Positions 26,776-38,939 of a stretch of DNA of 64,000 nucleotides are shown here, piece after piece. The DNA is from Nemertoderma westbladi (Eukaryota; Animalia; Xenacoelomorpha): NCBI GenBank assembly GCA_032718475.1, contig JAUCBJ010003602.1, forward strand, positions 112,059-176,058, written 5' to 3'. The position numbers and the translations under genes were made by a program. Below the pieces are notes generated by a model. That model was not told the DNA's origin and made no database searches. It worked only from the letters and a program-made list of their open reading frames with translations. Every line of letters begins with the position of its first letter. Position 1 is the first letter of the stretch.

Positions 26776-27402
26776 GTATTATTTTTATTATAGATTTATA
26801 GTTATATACCTATACCTACACACCTACTACCATATACATATACCTACTATACCGACACAATTCTATATTGTTGTTTATTGGTTTTCACACTTTCCACGTT
26901 GAATTATGTTCGAAACCAAACAAAAATATTATAAATACATTTCTGTACTAAATGGGGACTGAATTAGAAAAAAAATTAAAAAATATATCGACGGAATTCG
27001 AGACTGTATACAATTGGATACATTGTAGAACACAATGCATATGATATGTGACTAAATGGGCAACGCGACGCAGTATGGTTGATTTTTGGTAATTATAAAG
27101 CCAAATAATTAAAAAACTGCGTCGAAAGAAACCTTTGATTACGTACTCACACACTGTCTGCCAGTTGTCGTAGTGCATAGTGGTTTTTCAATAATTTATA
27201 AGATTTCAATGATATCATTCTCAGAAGGTGGAAATAAGTACAATAATGGTGATAATATCTTCCACAAGGACAAGGCAATAAATGTCTCTCCGAGAATGTT
27301 TAAGATTGTTGACTTTCTAATACGGTAACTTAGGGAATTGTGTGATGGGAGTCTCTTGTTGCTAATTAATGAAGTGTAACAGCGATGCGTTGGGTTTATT
27401 AA

Positions 27403-28130
27403 GGGGGGGGTACACCATTTTGGTCAAAAATATGTCGAATTTTTTTTTATTATCTATTATAATGCACCATTGAATGGTGTTTCCAAATCTGAAAACCGCT
27501 ATTTAATAGCTCTTTTAGTTTTTAAGTTATAACAATTTCCATTTAGGGATTCCTATTGAAATTACTATTACTATATATAATGAAAGGTCGATTATCTCAA
27601 AATATTTTTTTTATGAAATTGTCAACTTCAAAACCCTACTACTTCTACAATTTTTGAGCTATTAGTCTGAAACTTTCTGTGGGTGTCTACATAACCACCC
27701 TGCATAAAAGTATCAGACAACTTTTCGAAATTATTTGTTAATAAAATTTAATACTATTTATAACAAACCTAAAAATTAGGCATAAATTTGCAGCGCCACC
27801 TAGCGGTGTATAATTATTTTTACAAAATTTCGCCTGATAGTTATGTTGCCCCATCTTTGATCTATCATATAAAAAAACTTTCAAGTGATTAGATTCAAAA
27901 CTGTAAAAGCCTTAGGGTTTTAAGCGCAACCAAGTTTTTTTTGTTGTTAACTAGTATTAACTAATATTAAATAGCGAAAAATAAAAATTTTCTAACCTGT
28001 CATGTAGAATAGCATCTTAGGCACCTATATTCCAAATTATAGCCAAAACCAAACAATTTTGAAACGCTGAGAGTGATAAATCGTAGAGTTGTCCGAAAAT
28101 GGTGTACCCCCCCCCCCCCCCCCCCCCCCC
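27403..28130. mobile_element. Non-autonomous Kolobok-like DNA transposon
   Basis: TTAA TSD (27399-27402 and 28131-28134); TIRs G(n)TACACCATTTT / AAAATGGTGTAC(n); purine 5' and pyrimidine 3' termini. Confidence 0.8.
27791..27806 (-). promoter_or_regulatory. CTCF-like motif
   Basis: Minus strand reads CCGCTAGGTGGCGCTG, close to the CTCF core consensus. Confidence 0.5.
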
Positions 28131-28241
28131 TTAAAGGGGTTGTCATTGGTTGATAAATGTTTTGTGATTGGAAAATGGAGTTATTAATATCAATTTGCAT
28201 ACAAACAGATGCGTTTTAGTTTAACTGCATTTCCATTATAG

Positions 28242-28407
28242 GAATACCCAGAAATGAATAGAACTCGAAAAAATACCGCCAATGTTCTGAACACTCCAAC
28301 GGGAACATTCATTCAACCAGCTGCCTTCATGGGCAAACCACAAGTTGATTACACCGAGTACACTGTTCATAGCAACCCAAACACCCCTCCATCAACTCCA
28401 TCAGCAG
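28242..28407 (+). CDS. MPRIP: Exon following the PH domain
   Basis: ttccattatag|EYPEMNRTRKNTAN...PPSTPSA|gttggt; phase 0 start fits the previous exon; YP-x-x-N follows the PH domain as in MPRIP. Confidence 0.7.
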
Positions 28408-28582
28408 GTTGGTTCAACTCCTACAGCCTAGTACACTGTCCATAGCAACAGAAACACCCCTCCATCAACTCCTACAGCCTAGTACACTGTTCATAGCAAC
28501 CCAAACACCCCTCCATCAACTCCATCAGCAGGTGGGTTCAACTCCTACAGCCTAGTACACTGTCCATAGCAACACAAACACC
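28358..28582 (+). repeat. Imperfect tandem duplication (~50-70 bp units) of an exon end and its splice donor
   Basis: AGTACACTGTTCATAGCAACCCAAACACCCCTCCATCAACTCC repeated about 4 times, the last partial. Confidence 0.85.
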
Positions 28583-28584
28583 GT

Positions 28585-29400
28585 AAGTATTCCGTCCCTT
28601 GCCTTTGAATAGGCTGCTTAAGACTGAATCTCCGTAAGAAGATTTTAGTAGGAAACAACAATTGACCAAATCAGCCAATATTTCACATACATGGTCTGGC
28701 TGGGGGTGCTGTAGATGCTCTATTGTTAGAGATGACATATCGGGTGCCTTTCCAGTAGATATTGATATGATAGCGCGCCTTTACTGAAAGAGGTGAGATG
28801 TGTGGCACGGGGTTTTTCTTGCAGTCTTCATCTCATTTATTTTGAATTCTTGGATCGAGCAGCTTTTCTGTATCTTGATTAAATTTGATGTTATAGTGGG
28901 ATCGCAGTGTGCTTTGCATTTCCGGTGATGTTGTTTCTTGCTTTTTCCGATGGTTTACCTTGCTCCAAAAATATTGTGGATTTGTTGTACCGTAAGAGAC
29001 CCATTGATTGATATTATCGGCAGTGATATTTTTAGAAAGAAAATTATTTAGGCGTCGAGCCGTCCGTTTTGACTCCCTGAATTCAGCTGCAACTGGATCT
29101 TCAAGATCTTTGCCTTTCTGGCACCAAATCTCGTAAAAGGTCTCTTGTTGTTTTACATCTCCGTTTGAGGATGTTAGATCGAATACAAATATTGGTTGTC
29201 TTCTTGTGATTTTTGATTCTTGGAATGTTTTGGTTAGCAGCGTTTAGTATGACTGATTGTATCAATTCTGCCCTCTCATTCAAAAGGGTTGTGGACAGTG
29301 TGCTTTGGTTCTGGGCCAGCTTACAATCAATTTCACTGAGGGATGTACTGACTGAAGACATGTATTTCTGTTTTTGGGTTGGTGTTGCTTTGTTCCATGC
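28585..29400 (-). mobile_element. Decayed non-LTR retrotransposon fragment (region upstream of RT)
   Basis: Minus-strand peptides ISTGKAPDMSSLTIEHLQH...ILADLVNCCF...SLFKGKG resemble the LINE RT N-terminal motif; many stops and frameshifts. Confidence 0.55.
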
Positions 29401-30356
29401 AAATTTATAACGTTATAATGTTATATAATATAATGTTTATAACGTTATACCATATGGTTTATACTGTACTTCCATTTAACTCTCACCGTTATTTTGTTGA
29501 ACATTTAGTGCCATTTTTACATCAATCAGATGTTAATGTTATATTCTCGGTTTATATCTTTTGCTGCTTCCACACGTAATTCACCGAAACAATGTATTCG
29601 TTTCCTTAGTGATCTTAATCTCCGTAACATTGGAAATTTTTGTAATATAGACCATTTATATAGTATCAGCAAATCAAATATTATATCACAGTCGTATGTG
29701 CCATTTGATAAAAATAATGCGTGGAAACTTAGTCTTTGTGCAGAAATCTTACAAATAAAACGTAATAACATTGGCCTTCAGGGAGGGATTACTTATAGAT
29801 TTTCTTAAAGATATACTTAATTATATTGTAACGTCGTAATTTACTCTAGGAGCTGTTCACAGAATTATTAATGCATCGCAGTCATGTTTAATTATATTTT
29901 TTTGTCTTCTTGTGCTATAGTTTAGATAACTTATTTAACCCTTTCCACCCTAGGCCTACCGTATACATTTGTTTTCAATGTGTTTATTTGTTGGTTTTAT
30001 CCTACGGTAGTGCTGTACTACTACTACAACATGTTGAGTAGTATGTACGATAATAATATAATATTAATTATATCTTATTATTTATTTAGTTAAGGTATTT
30101 ATATAATGGCGACTGCTAATAAAAAACATATTAGATTTAATAGAGTTAATATTAAGTTCGTATTTAATTTATTACAGGCCCAAATAAATAATAATTGTCA
30201 AATTATTGCAAAATAAGCAACAGTACAGTAGTACTTACTTCCTACTACAACATGCAACATAGTAGACTACTGTAAGTATTTCCAAGTAAAATATCCAATT
30301 TTTTGGAGGTAGTTTTAATCAACTACCTTAAGTCGTAGAAAAGTACCAACTTCTTG

Positions 30357-31028
30357 TTATAAATAGAGCCCGCAATAAATCTGGACTAATCCGGGTCTAA
30401 ACAGCGGGGTGGATAGGGTTCCCAGAGGACAGACATCGGGTGTCGCACAATCCGTTTGCTTAGTCAGATCTCCCACAAACTGGGTGATACATCCGTGGGT
30501 ACTGACGCATGATTCATTCTTGGTGTCGCAGACATACTGGTGGTCACCGGAGGCGCGTCGACAGGTCTGTTTGGGACACGTGGTGTCGATGTGGAACAGG
30601 GCTTTGAATTGATCAACGATGGTGAAGACGTCATCTTCTTCGCTGTTCGGTATCAAGGAAATTCTCAGTTGCTGCAAGAGATTGGGAAACTCAGACATCG
30701 TCATTTCCAGCAGTCTTGGTGTCTCATCCTCGTAGGGACATCGGAAACTGATTTCAGCCACAACCGACGTCTCACCTTCAGCGTCATCAGGGATATCGAG
30801 TTCGTAGTCGAACACACAACTGTTCTCAGTAGAGCAGGTATATTCCGTTCCTCCATTGAAGTTGATGCATGAAAAAGATTTCGTGAAATAATCAACAACA
30901 TCCACGTCAGATACGTCGACATCGAAAGGACAGGTGACTGTCTGCATGGGGCAGGTCACGAGACCCAAAGTAGGGCAGCACAGAGTGGCAAGAACAAGGC
31001 TTACCGAAAGTAACACAGATGGCAACAT
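30357..31028 (-). CDS. Intronless secreted cysteine-rich acidic protein, family not recognised; nested antisense in an intron
   Basis: Open frame from ATG 31028; hydrophobic signal peptide MLPSVLLSVSLVLATLCCPTLG; 14 Cys in the mature part; TATAAAA at ~31099-31105 on the minus strand; GC-richer than flanks. Confidence 0.8.
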   Translation of the reverse strand: MLPSVLLSVSLVLATLCCPTLGLVTCPMQTVTCPFDVDVSDVDVVDYFTKSFSCINFNGGTEYTCSTENSCVFDYELDIPDDAEGETSVVAEISFRCPYEDETPRLLEMTMSEFPNLLQQLRISLIPNSEEDDVFTIVDQFKALFHIDTTCPKQTCRRASGDHQYVCDTKNESCVSTHGCITQFVGDLTKQTDCATPDVCPLGTLSTPLFRPGLVQIYCGLYL

Positions 31029-31539
31029 TTTGATCAAATGTTTAATAAGATAAATCGATTAAACAATTGTAATACAAGAATAACTTCGTTGGAATTGTTT
31101 TTATAGAGTGGAGCACCAGGAATAAATTGTGGAATTCAAAATATGAAGACATTCTTTACTTAGGTGTTTTTTATATTAAACCCCAGTAGACATTTGATAT
31201 TGCTAAACCTTCTGTATAATCCCGGAATCACAAGTTTCCCATACAACATCTCATCTGTTTTATTGCATGTTTGTGGTTTTAATTAGAGGTATTTTATTTA
31301 ATTAATTCTGTCTGGGTAACAAATATTAACTAATGTATGTAATTGGTTCGCCATGAAAATTAGACAGATTCTGATGGGGGTAGAAAATTATGTCCCACTG
31401 GAAATGTGAAGATAAATCCATGACTGGAATCCACCAAAGTTCCAGATTGATTGAAATTCGCTACAATAAATAAGCTAAACACAGCTGGTTGAAAACATTG
31501 CATAACCTCGTGATGAAACAGATACACGGTTCTCGAAAT

Positions 31540-32280
31540 CTATCTCCTTACCTTATCGAACAAGAACACTTCACTATAACCCTGTATCCTTACCCTATCG
31601 AACAGGAACACGCGACTATAACTCTGTCTCCTTACCTTATCGAACAGGAACACGTCACTATAACTCTGTCTCCTTACCTTATCGAACAGGAACACGGGAC
31701 TAGAACTCCATCTCCTTACCTTATCGAACAGGAACACGTCACTATAACTCTGTCTCCTTACCTTATCGAACAGGAACACGGGACTAGAACTCTATCTCCC
31801 TACCCTATCGAACAGGAACACGGGACTAGAACTCTATCTCCTTACCTTATCGAACAGGAACACGGGACTAGAACTCAATCTCCTTACCTTATCGAACAGG
31901 AACACGTCACTATAACTCTGTCTCATTACCCTATCGAATATGAACACGTGACTAGAACTCTATCTCCTTACCTTATTGAACATGAACACGTGACTATACC
32001 TCTGTCTCCTAACCTTATCGAACAGGAACACTTCCCTATAACTCTGTCTCCTTACCCTATCGAACATGAACACGTGACTATAACTCGATATCCCTACCTA
32101 ATCGAACAGGAACACATGACTATAACTCTATCCCCTTACCTTATCGAACCGAAACACGTGACTATAGCTATATCTCCTTACTTTATCGAACAGGAACACA
32201 TGACTATAACTCGATATCCCTACCTAATCGAACAGGAACACATGACTATAGCTCTATCTGCTTACTTTATCGAACATGCA
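31540..32280. repeat. 39-bp minisatellite, ~19 units
   Basis: TCTCCTTACCTTATCGAACAGGAACACGTSACTAKAACT-type units in tandem. Confidence 0.95.
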
Positions 32281-32647
32281 CTTCATGTAACTTGTATCCC
32301 CTTTTATATTGTTATCAATAAATGAAATTTAACCCGAATAAATTTATAGGTTGTTTTTCCAAACCGCTAATATATTTTTAAGTAAGACAATCGTTAGAAT
32401 AGAATTCTAAAATAATTGTAACCATCTACTGTATCATGCGACAGTAGATTTAAGTTTCAAAGGGAAATGGAGAAGCTGAAATGAAATATAGAGCTTGAGC
32501 CACAACATGTTATTCAACCCATTGTCGCTCATAAAATTTACATCTACAGTAGAAATATTTTCGGTATGTAATCGCTCGCTAATCATAATCGTTTATTCAA
32601 CATACCATTTATAAATATAATTATAAATTTAGAATCAGGAATTAATA

Positions 32648-32955
32648 CATTTATACAAGGGATAAATTATATTATTTTATGTTTAAAATCTAAAAGAATC
32701 TAAAAAAAATACTATTTATACAAGGGATAAATTATATTATTTTATGTTTAAAATCTAAAAGAATCTAAAAAAATACTTTTAAAACAAGGGATAAATTATA
32801 TTATTTTATGTTTAAAATCTAAAAGAATCTAAAAAAAATACCATTTATACAAGGGATAAATTATATTATTTTATGTTTAAAATCTAAAAGAATCTAAAAA
32901 AAATACTATTTATACAAGGGATAAATTATATTATTTTATGTTTAGAATCTAAAAG
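32648..32955. repeat. ~75-bp AT-rich tandem repeat, 4 units
   Basis: ATACAAGGGATAAATTATATTATTTTATGTTTAAAATCTAAAAGAATCTAAAAAAAATAC repeated. Confidence 0.9.
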
Positions 32956-32960
32956 TTCAG

Positions 32961-33123
32961 CATTATCGTTCTTTAATGAAAGGAGTTCACCGATATACAG
33001 AAAAGGTGACTTTGTCAGCAGACCGCAGCCATTACCTGATGTTACACAACACGTTGCTCCTGGCAACCAAATACTACACCGACATGGAAGCACCTCATCG
33101 GTACCTGGATTCCGGGAAATAGA
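32961..33123 (+). CDS. Putative exon of the PH-domain gene
   Basis: gttcag|(A)LSFFNERSSPIYRKGDFVSRPQPLPDVT...PGFREI|gttagt; phase 1 to 2, compatible with both neighbours; GC-richer island in AT-rich DNA. Confidence 0.55.
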
Positions 33124-33351
33124 GTTAGTAATACTGTAATTCAGTAGTAGTAGATTTCAATTCGCAACCAAACACATATTTTCCAAACATATTTTACAAT
33201 TAACAACATTTTATCATTTACACTTGAGAAATTTGTTCGTGTTATATCGTATTTTATAGTATCATTTGGTCCGACTATTGTATCGTATCGTATCAGTAAG
33301 TATCGTACTCTGGCAAACTGTAAATTCTACCTACAGTATTTTCCCATTTAG

Positions 33352-33425
33352 TGCCTCTAAGGAAGAAGTGATCAACCACACATCGTCAGACCCACAACCT
33401 TTCCAGCCTCTCCACTACAGATCAG
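33352..33425 (+). CDS. Putative exon of the PH-domain gene
   Basis: catttag|ASKEEVINHTSSDPQPFQPLHYRS|gttcag; phase 2 to 1 is compatible, but the donor is weak. Confidence 0.45.
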
Positions 33426-33799
33426 GTTCAGACCCGGTCTTGTGGGTTGTGAACCAGCCTACGAATCCATCCCCATCCCCACAAAGGTTCGTTACAACAC
33501 ACTGTATAAATTTCAACCACTCATAGAGCATTTGCCAATGAAAGGCCATGGCCGCATTACAAACACACTGCGTTATAAATAGGCCTAGGCAGTTAAGAGA
33601 CAGGATACAGTAGGCCCAAAGTTGCAAATTAGAATTACTGCGCATACGGTAGTTTTGAAATATAATATTTTTACAAAACTTAATTAAGTAACTTTTATTG
33701 CCTCTTCTTATGGTACGGCGCAATCTGGTCCTGATCATCAGTAACCGCAGGTCAACATACTGTACTTCCGGTGGACTGCATCATCACACTGCATCAAAC

Positions 33800-36294
33800 A
33801 CCTACATCGCCCTGGGTCTATAGCAATAGTGTTAGCCGAAATTCTGTCCATCTTCAGGATTTTATCTCTGGAAATGGATTGTTTTCGGCTGGAACCCTGT
33901 TCAAGAAGCGAATTGGAAAGCTATGGACTCATAGTGGACCCAGTGGTCACAAGTCCCAGATAGACCATATTCTGTTTCGTAGGAAATACAGGAGCTCTAT
34001 ACAAGACTGTAATGCATTTACACTTCGACACTTCTCCAGTGATCACCGCCTTATTGTGGCCAAGACTTAGTCTGCGTGTTAGCCGAACAACGAAATCTGC
34101 CTTGCCCCGGCATGACTGGTCCTCTCTGTTGCAACAGCCAAGTGTGAGATCCAGCTTCACACTACAGCTGAGCAACAGGTATGAGGTTCTTACCTCTGAG
34201 GCGGCAGATCACTGCGAGGGCTATACTGCCTTCACAGAAGCAGTTAAGTTAGCAGCTGCAGAAACAGTTCCTGTATACCCGCGAAACAGGAAAAGGGCCC
34301 CTGGACTGACTTCAAAATTCAGAAGTGCCGAAATGACCTCTATAAGGCGCAGAAAGAGTCCCGACTCAAACAGACTACAGCGCCCAAGAATGCAGTTAAG
34401 GCAGCATCTAGGTCCCTGAACATGCAGTACTCTATTAATATACAAGAGCTAATAAACCAATAGGTTGATGCCATCAATGATGCTGATGACAGCAGGCAAT
34501 CATCCCAGGCATGGAAATCGATCAACTTGCTTGCTGGGCGGAAAAGTCAACCAACCACCAAGGTTAAGGCAGAATCACCAGCCGATCGCCTCAATGGTTG
34601 GAAGTCCCACTTTGAAAAGCTCCTCAATAATGACAGGGTATTGCCTGATAACTTTATAGAAGTAAACGTGTCTGAGTCTGTACTCCCAGATATTCCCATT
34701 GGCGATATCTCCTTTGCGAGGAAGGCTGCTGCAAAGAGCATTAAGACCAATCGTGCCAGTGGAGTAGATGGTGTTCCCCCTGAGGTCTTTAAAATACCTG
34801 AGTGTTTAAAGCTCATCTATCCCATCATAGTAGACATGTACCGAACAACAAGAGTCCCACAAGAAATAAAAACAAATAAGTTGGTGCCAGTTCCCAAGAA
34901 GGGCAACCTAACACTCTATGGTTCTTTTCGGGGAATCTCATTGATCTCGATTGCTGCAAAGCTATACAATAGAATTCTATTAAATCGCATCAGGGATCCC
35001 ATTGAGAGACTGCTCCGTGGAAATCAGAATGGGTTCCGTAAAGGTCGTGGGACCATGGAGCCCATTTTGGCACTTAGAAGGATAATTGAAGAGTTATCAA
35101 AAAAGAAAGACAGGCATCTGGCTGTTATCTTTGTTGACTTCTTCAAGGCCTTTGATTCAGTCTCTCGCTCACGTATGTTCAGCATACTTTCATTATATGG
35201 GATTCCTGATGAAATTATTGCAGCAATCAGATCAGTATACGATGGTTCGACAACATTTGTGTCTACTGTTGACGGTGACACAGAACCATTTGAAGTGTTA
35301 TGGGGCGTCCTCCAAGGAGACACACTTGCACCATTCTTGTTCATTATTGTGGTTGACTATGTTCTACGCATGTCCTTAGATCATCATAATGATGATGGGG
35401 TGATGATAACTCCACCTACTGGCTCCAGAAGTCGAGGAAATCCTGCCAAGTACCTAACTGATCTAGACTTTGCTGATGACTTAGGAGTACTCTCAGAATC
35501 ACTAGAGGGAGCCCAACGGCTCCTCAGCTCATTAGAACATGCTGCTTCTAGTGTTGGTCTTTTTATTAACTCCAGAAAGACCAAAATTCTGACAGTTAAC
35601 TTTGAAAGTCCTCAGCAAGTCTCTGATCGGATGAGCATAAGCTCAAAGGATGGTATGCTTGAGCATGTGGACGACTTCTGTTACCTGGGATCATGGATCC
35701 GGAAGTCAGGTGAGGACCTTCGAATACGTAAGGGAAAGGCATGGGCAGCCTTGAATAGGCTTTCCAGGATTTGGAAGTCACCGAGAATTAATCGGAAACT
35801 TAAGGTCCGATTATTTAGAGCAGCAGTAGTTCCAGTACTCCTCTATGGGAGTCCATGCTGGGCTCTAACTGCTGAGGACACCAAATCTTTGGATGGCACA
35901 TTCACAAGAATGCTACGCCGGGTTCATTGTGTCAAGTACAATGCACACATCTCCAACCAGACACTATATAACATTGGAGGTGTCTCATTGGTTCCCCCAA
36001 GCTTGACACTAGAACAAAATCGCCTCCGCTTTGCAGGACATTGCTTTCGCCGTGAGGACCAGCCAGTGCATAATCTTGTACTTTGGCAGCCTCATGGAGT
36101 GAATAAGCATGGTGGACAGCCCATGACTTTCTTGAGACGCATCTTAAAGGACACTGGCCTTGAAGATGCGGATGATCTAGCAAATGTCATGGGTGATAGG
36201 GAGTTGTGGCGGTGCAATTTTGTCGACAAGCCGGCACAGCATTCTTAAAAATGCAGCTGCAATGCAGCATGCCGATCCTAGTAGTAGTAGTAGT
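33800..36294 (+). mobile_element. 5'-truncated RTE-clade LINE
   Basis: APE C-terminus (SQIDHIL, SSDHRL); RT ORF 34527..36248 (QNGFRKGR, FVDFFKAFDS, GVLQGDTLAP, DLDFADD, YLGS); RTE-type C-terminus; (TAG)n tail; frameshifts and a stop between 34060 and 34470. Confidence 0.95.
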
Positions 36295-37488
36295 GATACT
36301 GCATTAGACAAAGAACAAAACAACGTATTTCGAATTTATGTGGAAACCACTTGCAGTTTTACACCGCTGGGTGAAAATTGTTGTGCCAGCACCAAATTTT
36401 TGAAAATAAGCAAATTGATCAGTAGATAGTATCATCTTGTTTCTTGCGTTATATGGGTTTATGAGGGTCCTGAATCCTATGAATCAATAAAAACAGCAGT
36501 GGACATCGCAAACTTGTACTTTTTGGTTATGGGTACGAAATTTGGTGCTAGCCCCAAAATTTGCCAAATTACGCCGAAAAATAGGAGTAGCAATGATCTG
36601 GCATATTAGAAATGTATTCCATTAGAATCAGCGCCCTAGAAAACCTGAAAATGTGAATTTTATAGCATCGTATAAGTGAATTAAATATTTTGTGTTCTAA
36701 CTGAAAAGTGCTGGTTACTTGTTTTTGTCACTTTTTTCCAACGCAGAGAGGACTAAAACAACCATTTATAGTATTCAGATCATTTATAAATTTGTTCCAA
36801 TGGATTTTGCGCCCAGAAAACCTGTATTGAAGAACAATTAGCCGAAAAATGTAACTTTCAAATTTTGTGAAAATTGTGCACTACTTGTAATTTTGGTGCT
36901 GCAATATAACCTCCCTAGTATATTTTTTCGGAAATTTTTTTTCGGTCGGATCCAGTCTAGTGAAACCTACGTACAAACAAAAACTCAGACGTTTTCGTTA
37001 AAATTTGTATATTTTAGCCCCCCTTGTATTTGTAAAATATTTTATAGCCCGGTTCTAATAGGGTTAATTAAAATTAATAGCTTAACGATTATAACAAATT
37101 ACTGCATTAATTTTTAGTTTTCAAAGAGCTAGCAGTGAAAGGCGCCCCCTACCGCCAACACCTGGAACACCCGAATTCGATCAAGAAAATCTTTACGAAA
37201 ATATTAAAGTAAGACGTAAACCATCTCCATCCCGAGCTATACACAACATACAAGGTTAGTGGTTGATAGAAAGAAGTTTTTGATGGGAAAAAAACAAAAT
37301 ATACTGTAATTGGAGGTTGATATAATGCAGAATGGTAGGCCTACAACTGTAGGCCTACCCCTACGTCATGTACTGTACCGGTAGAATACAATTCCCGAAT
37401 GCCTCACAATGCTCCATCCATCCAAATGTGTAGCATTATCGGATACAACGATAATTGTATAACTTATCCGAAATTATTACTGTTTCAG

Positions 37489-37988
37489 CTCCTCCAACAC
37501 CACCGAGACGTCCCAATAAATTGCATATACCCTCAGGGCCTACCCGCACTCAAGAACGGACAGTACCCCAATCCCCAACGCGACCCCAAGAACGGACAGT
37601 ACCCCAATCCCCAACGCGACCCCAAGAACGGACAGTACCGCAATCCCCAACGCGACTCCAAGAACGGACAGTACCCCAATCCCCAACGGGACCCCAAGTA
37701 CGGACAGTACCCCAATCCCCAACGCGACCCCAAGTACGTACAGTACCGCAATCCCCAATGCGAACCCATGAGGTTACAATGCCACAATCCCCAACGCGAA
37801 CCCATGCGGTTACAATGCCACAATCCCCAACCTTATCACTCCCAACAAATACGGAGCGTTCAGTTTCAGAAAAGAAACAGACGATATTGGAGCGTAGAGG
37901 CAGACAACCAGCAGTGAGAAAGTCTCTTGGTCTACAATTACTTAGTTCAACACAAACTCAAGCTAAACAGAATGAAACGAACACCAAC
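37489..37988 (+). CDS. Putative exon with a 36-bp coding repeat (RTVPQSPTRPQE x~8)
   Basis: tgtttcag| acceptor and |gtaagt donor; phase 1 to 0; open frame APPTPPRRPNKLHIP... Confidence 0.7.
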
Positions 37989-38771
37989 GTAAGTTCAATA
38001 TATTTTTTTTTATTTCAAATTGTATTGTAAAGTAACAAATTACATTTAACCAACAACTGATAACACACATTGACACCGCCGATAGTCTACGAATGGTAGC
38101 GGTAGGTAGCAAAGCTCTTCATACGACCGCCATTGCACCACCTTAGGCCTATAAGTATGGCCTATTTGGTGATTTGTCATGGGTCTGTTCCGTTCGAGAT
38201 TATCAGAAGCATTTTTTTTGGCTTGCAGAGTCAAATCGAAAATCGAAAAGACGAAAATCCGGTGAGCTGTAATACTGTAGTAACTTCTTAATCTCACTCC
38301 CCATCCTCTGCTGCATCGAGCCGAGCACGGACATACAGTAGAACAAAGCACATGGATAGATATCGACACCAAAATACAGTAGGGCTATCTAACATGCTCA
38401 GTATCAGATCAAGTTCAGTAGATTCGATCTCACTCACAATGGCAGTGTGAATGATGTTGACTGAGATGGTTTAAGATTATCTACAGTATGCCATTATTGG
38501 TCGATAGGCCAGGGATTTCGCACAAGACCTAACCACTAAGTCTAATTCCAACCCCCCCCCCCCCCCCCCCCCCCCCCTATACTCCCCAGACGAAACTGGT
38601 ACTAATTTTGCGATCATTTTAGAATGCAAGGCAGAGATACTGTACAACATGGACAGTCCCTTTAGTGCATTCGTTCCGAAACAAACACTCCCTTGGCTCC
38701 TTTGAAGGGATTGAACCCACGAACTAAGGAGAAATGTGAATTAAATTAAATGGTTGATATTTTTCTCACAG

Positions 38772-38939
38772 ATCGTCAATTCAGACTTCAGCAGTGGCAT
38801 TATTGACCCACCCGTTACCAAGACAACTAGAGTTACAACTCCAACTATCATCAGTAGCTTCTACTCTCAGGAAGATTTACTCCATAGATCCATGGCTGTT
38901 CCAACACGAAGCAGTGGTGACAAACGAAGGCCGATGCGG
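38772..38939 (+). CDS. Putative exon of the PH-domain gene
   Basis: ttttctcacag|IVNSDFSSG...DKRRPMR|gtaagt; 168 bp, phase 0/0. Confidence 0.7.

Noticed and set aside
27226-27324. Extra exon candidate (EGGNKYNNGDNIFHKDK...)
   Set aside because: Phases do not fit the flanking phase-0 junction and there is no homology support
31489-32325. 278-aa SPYLIEQEH repeat ORF
   Set aside because: 39-bp minisatellite with a TTG start; I found no splice sites linking it to the gene model
33786-36310. TSD for the large RTE (ACACTGCATCAAACA vs ATACTGCATTAGACA)
   Set aside because: Three mismatches in 15 bp; suggestive only
29935-37067. piggyBac-like ends TTAACCCT / AGGGTTAA
   Set aside because: The ends do not match beyond the terminal few bases; probably unrelated fragments
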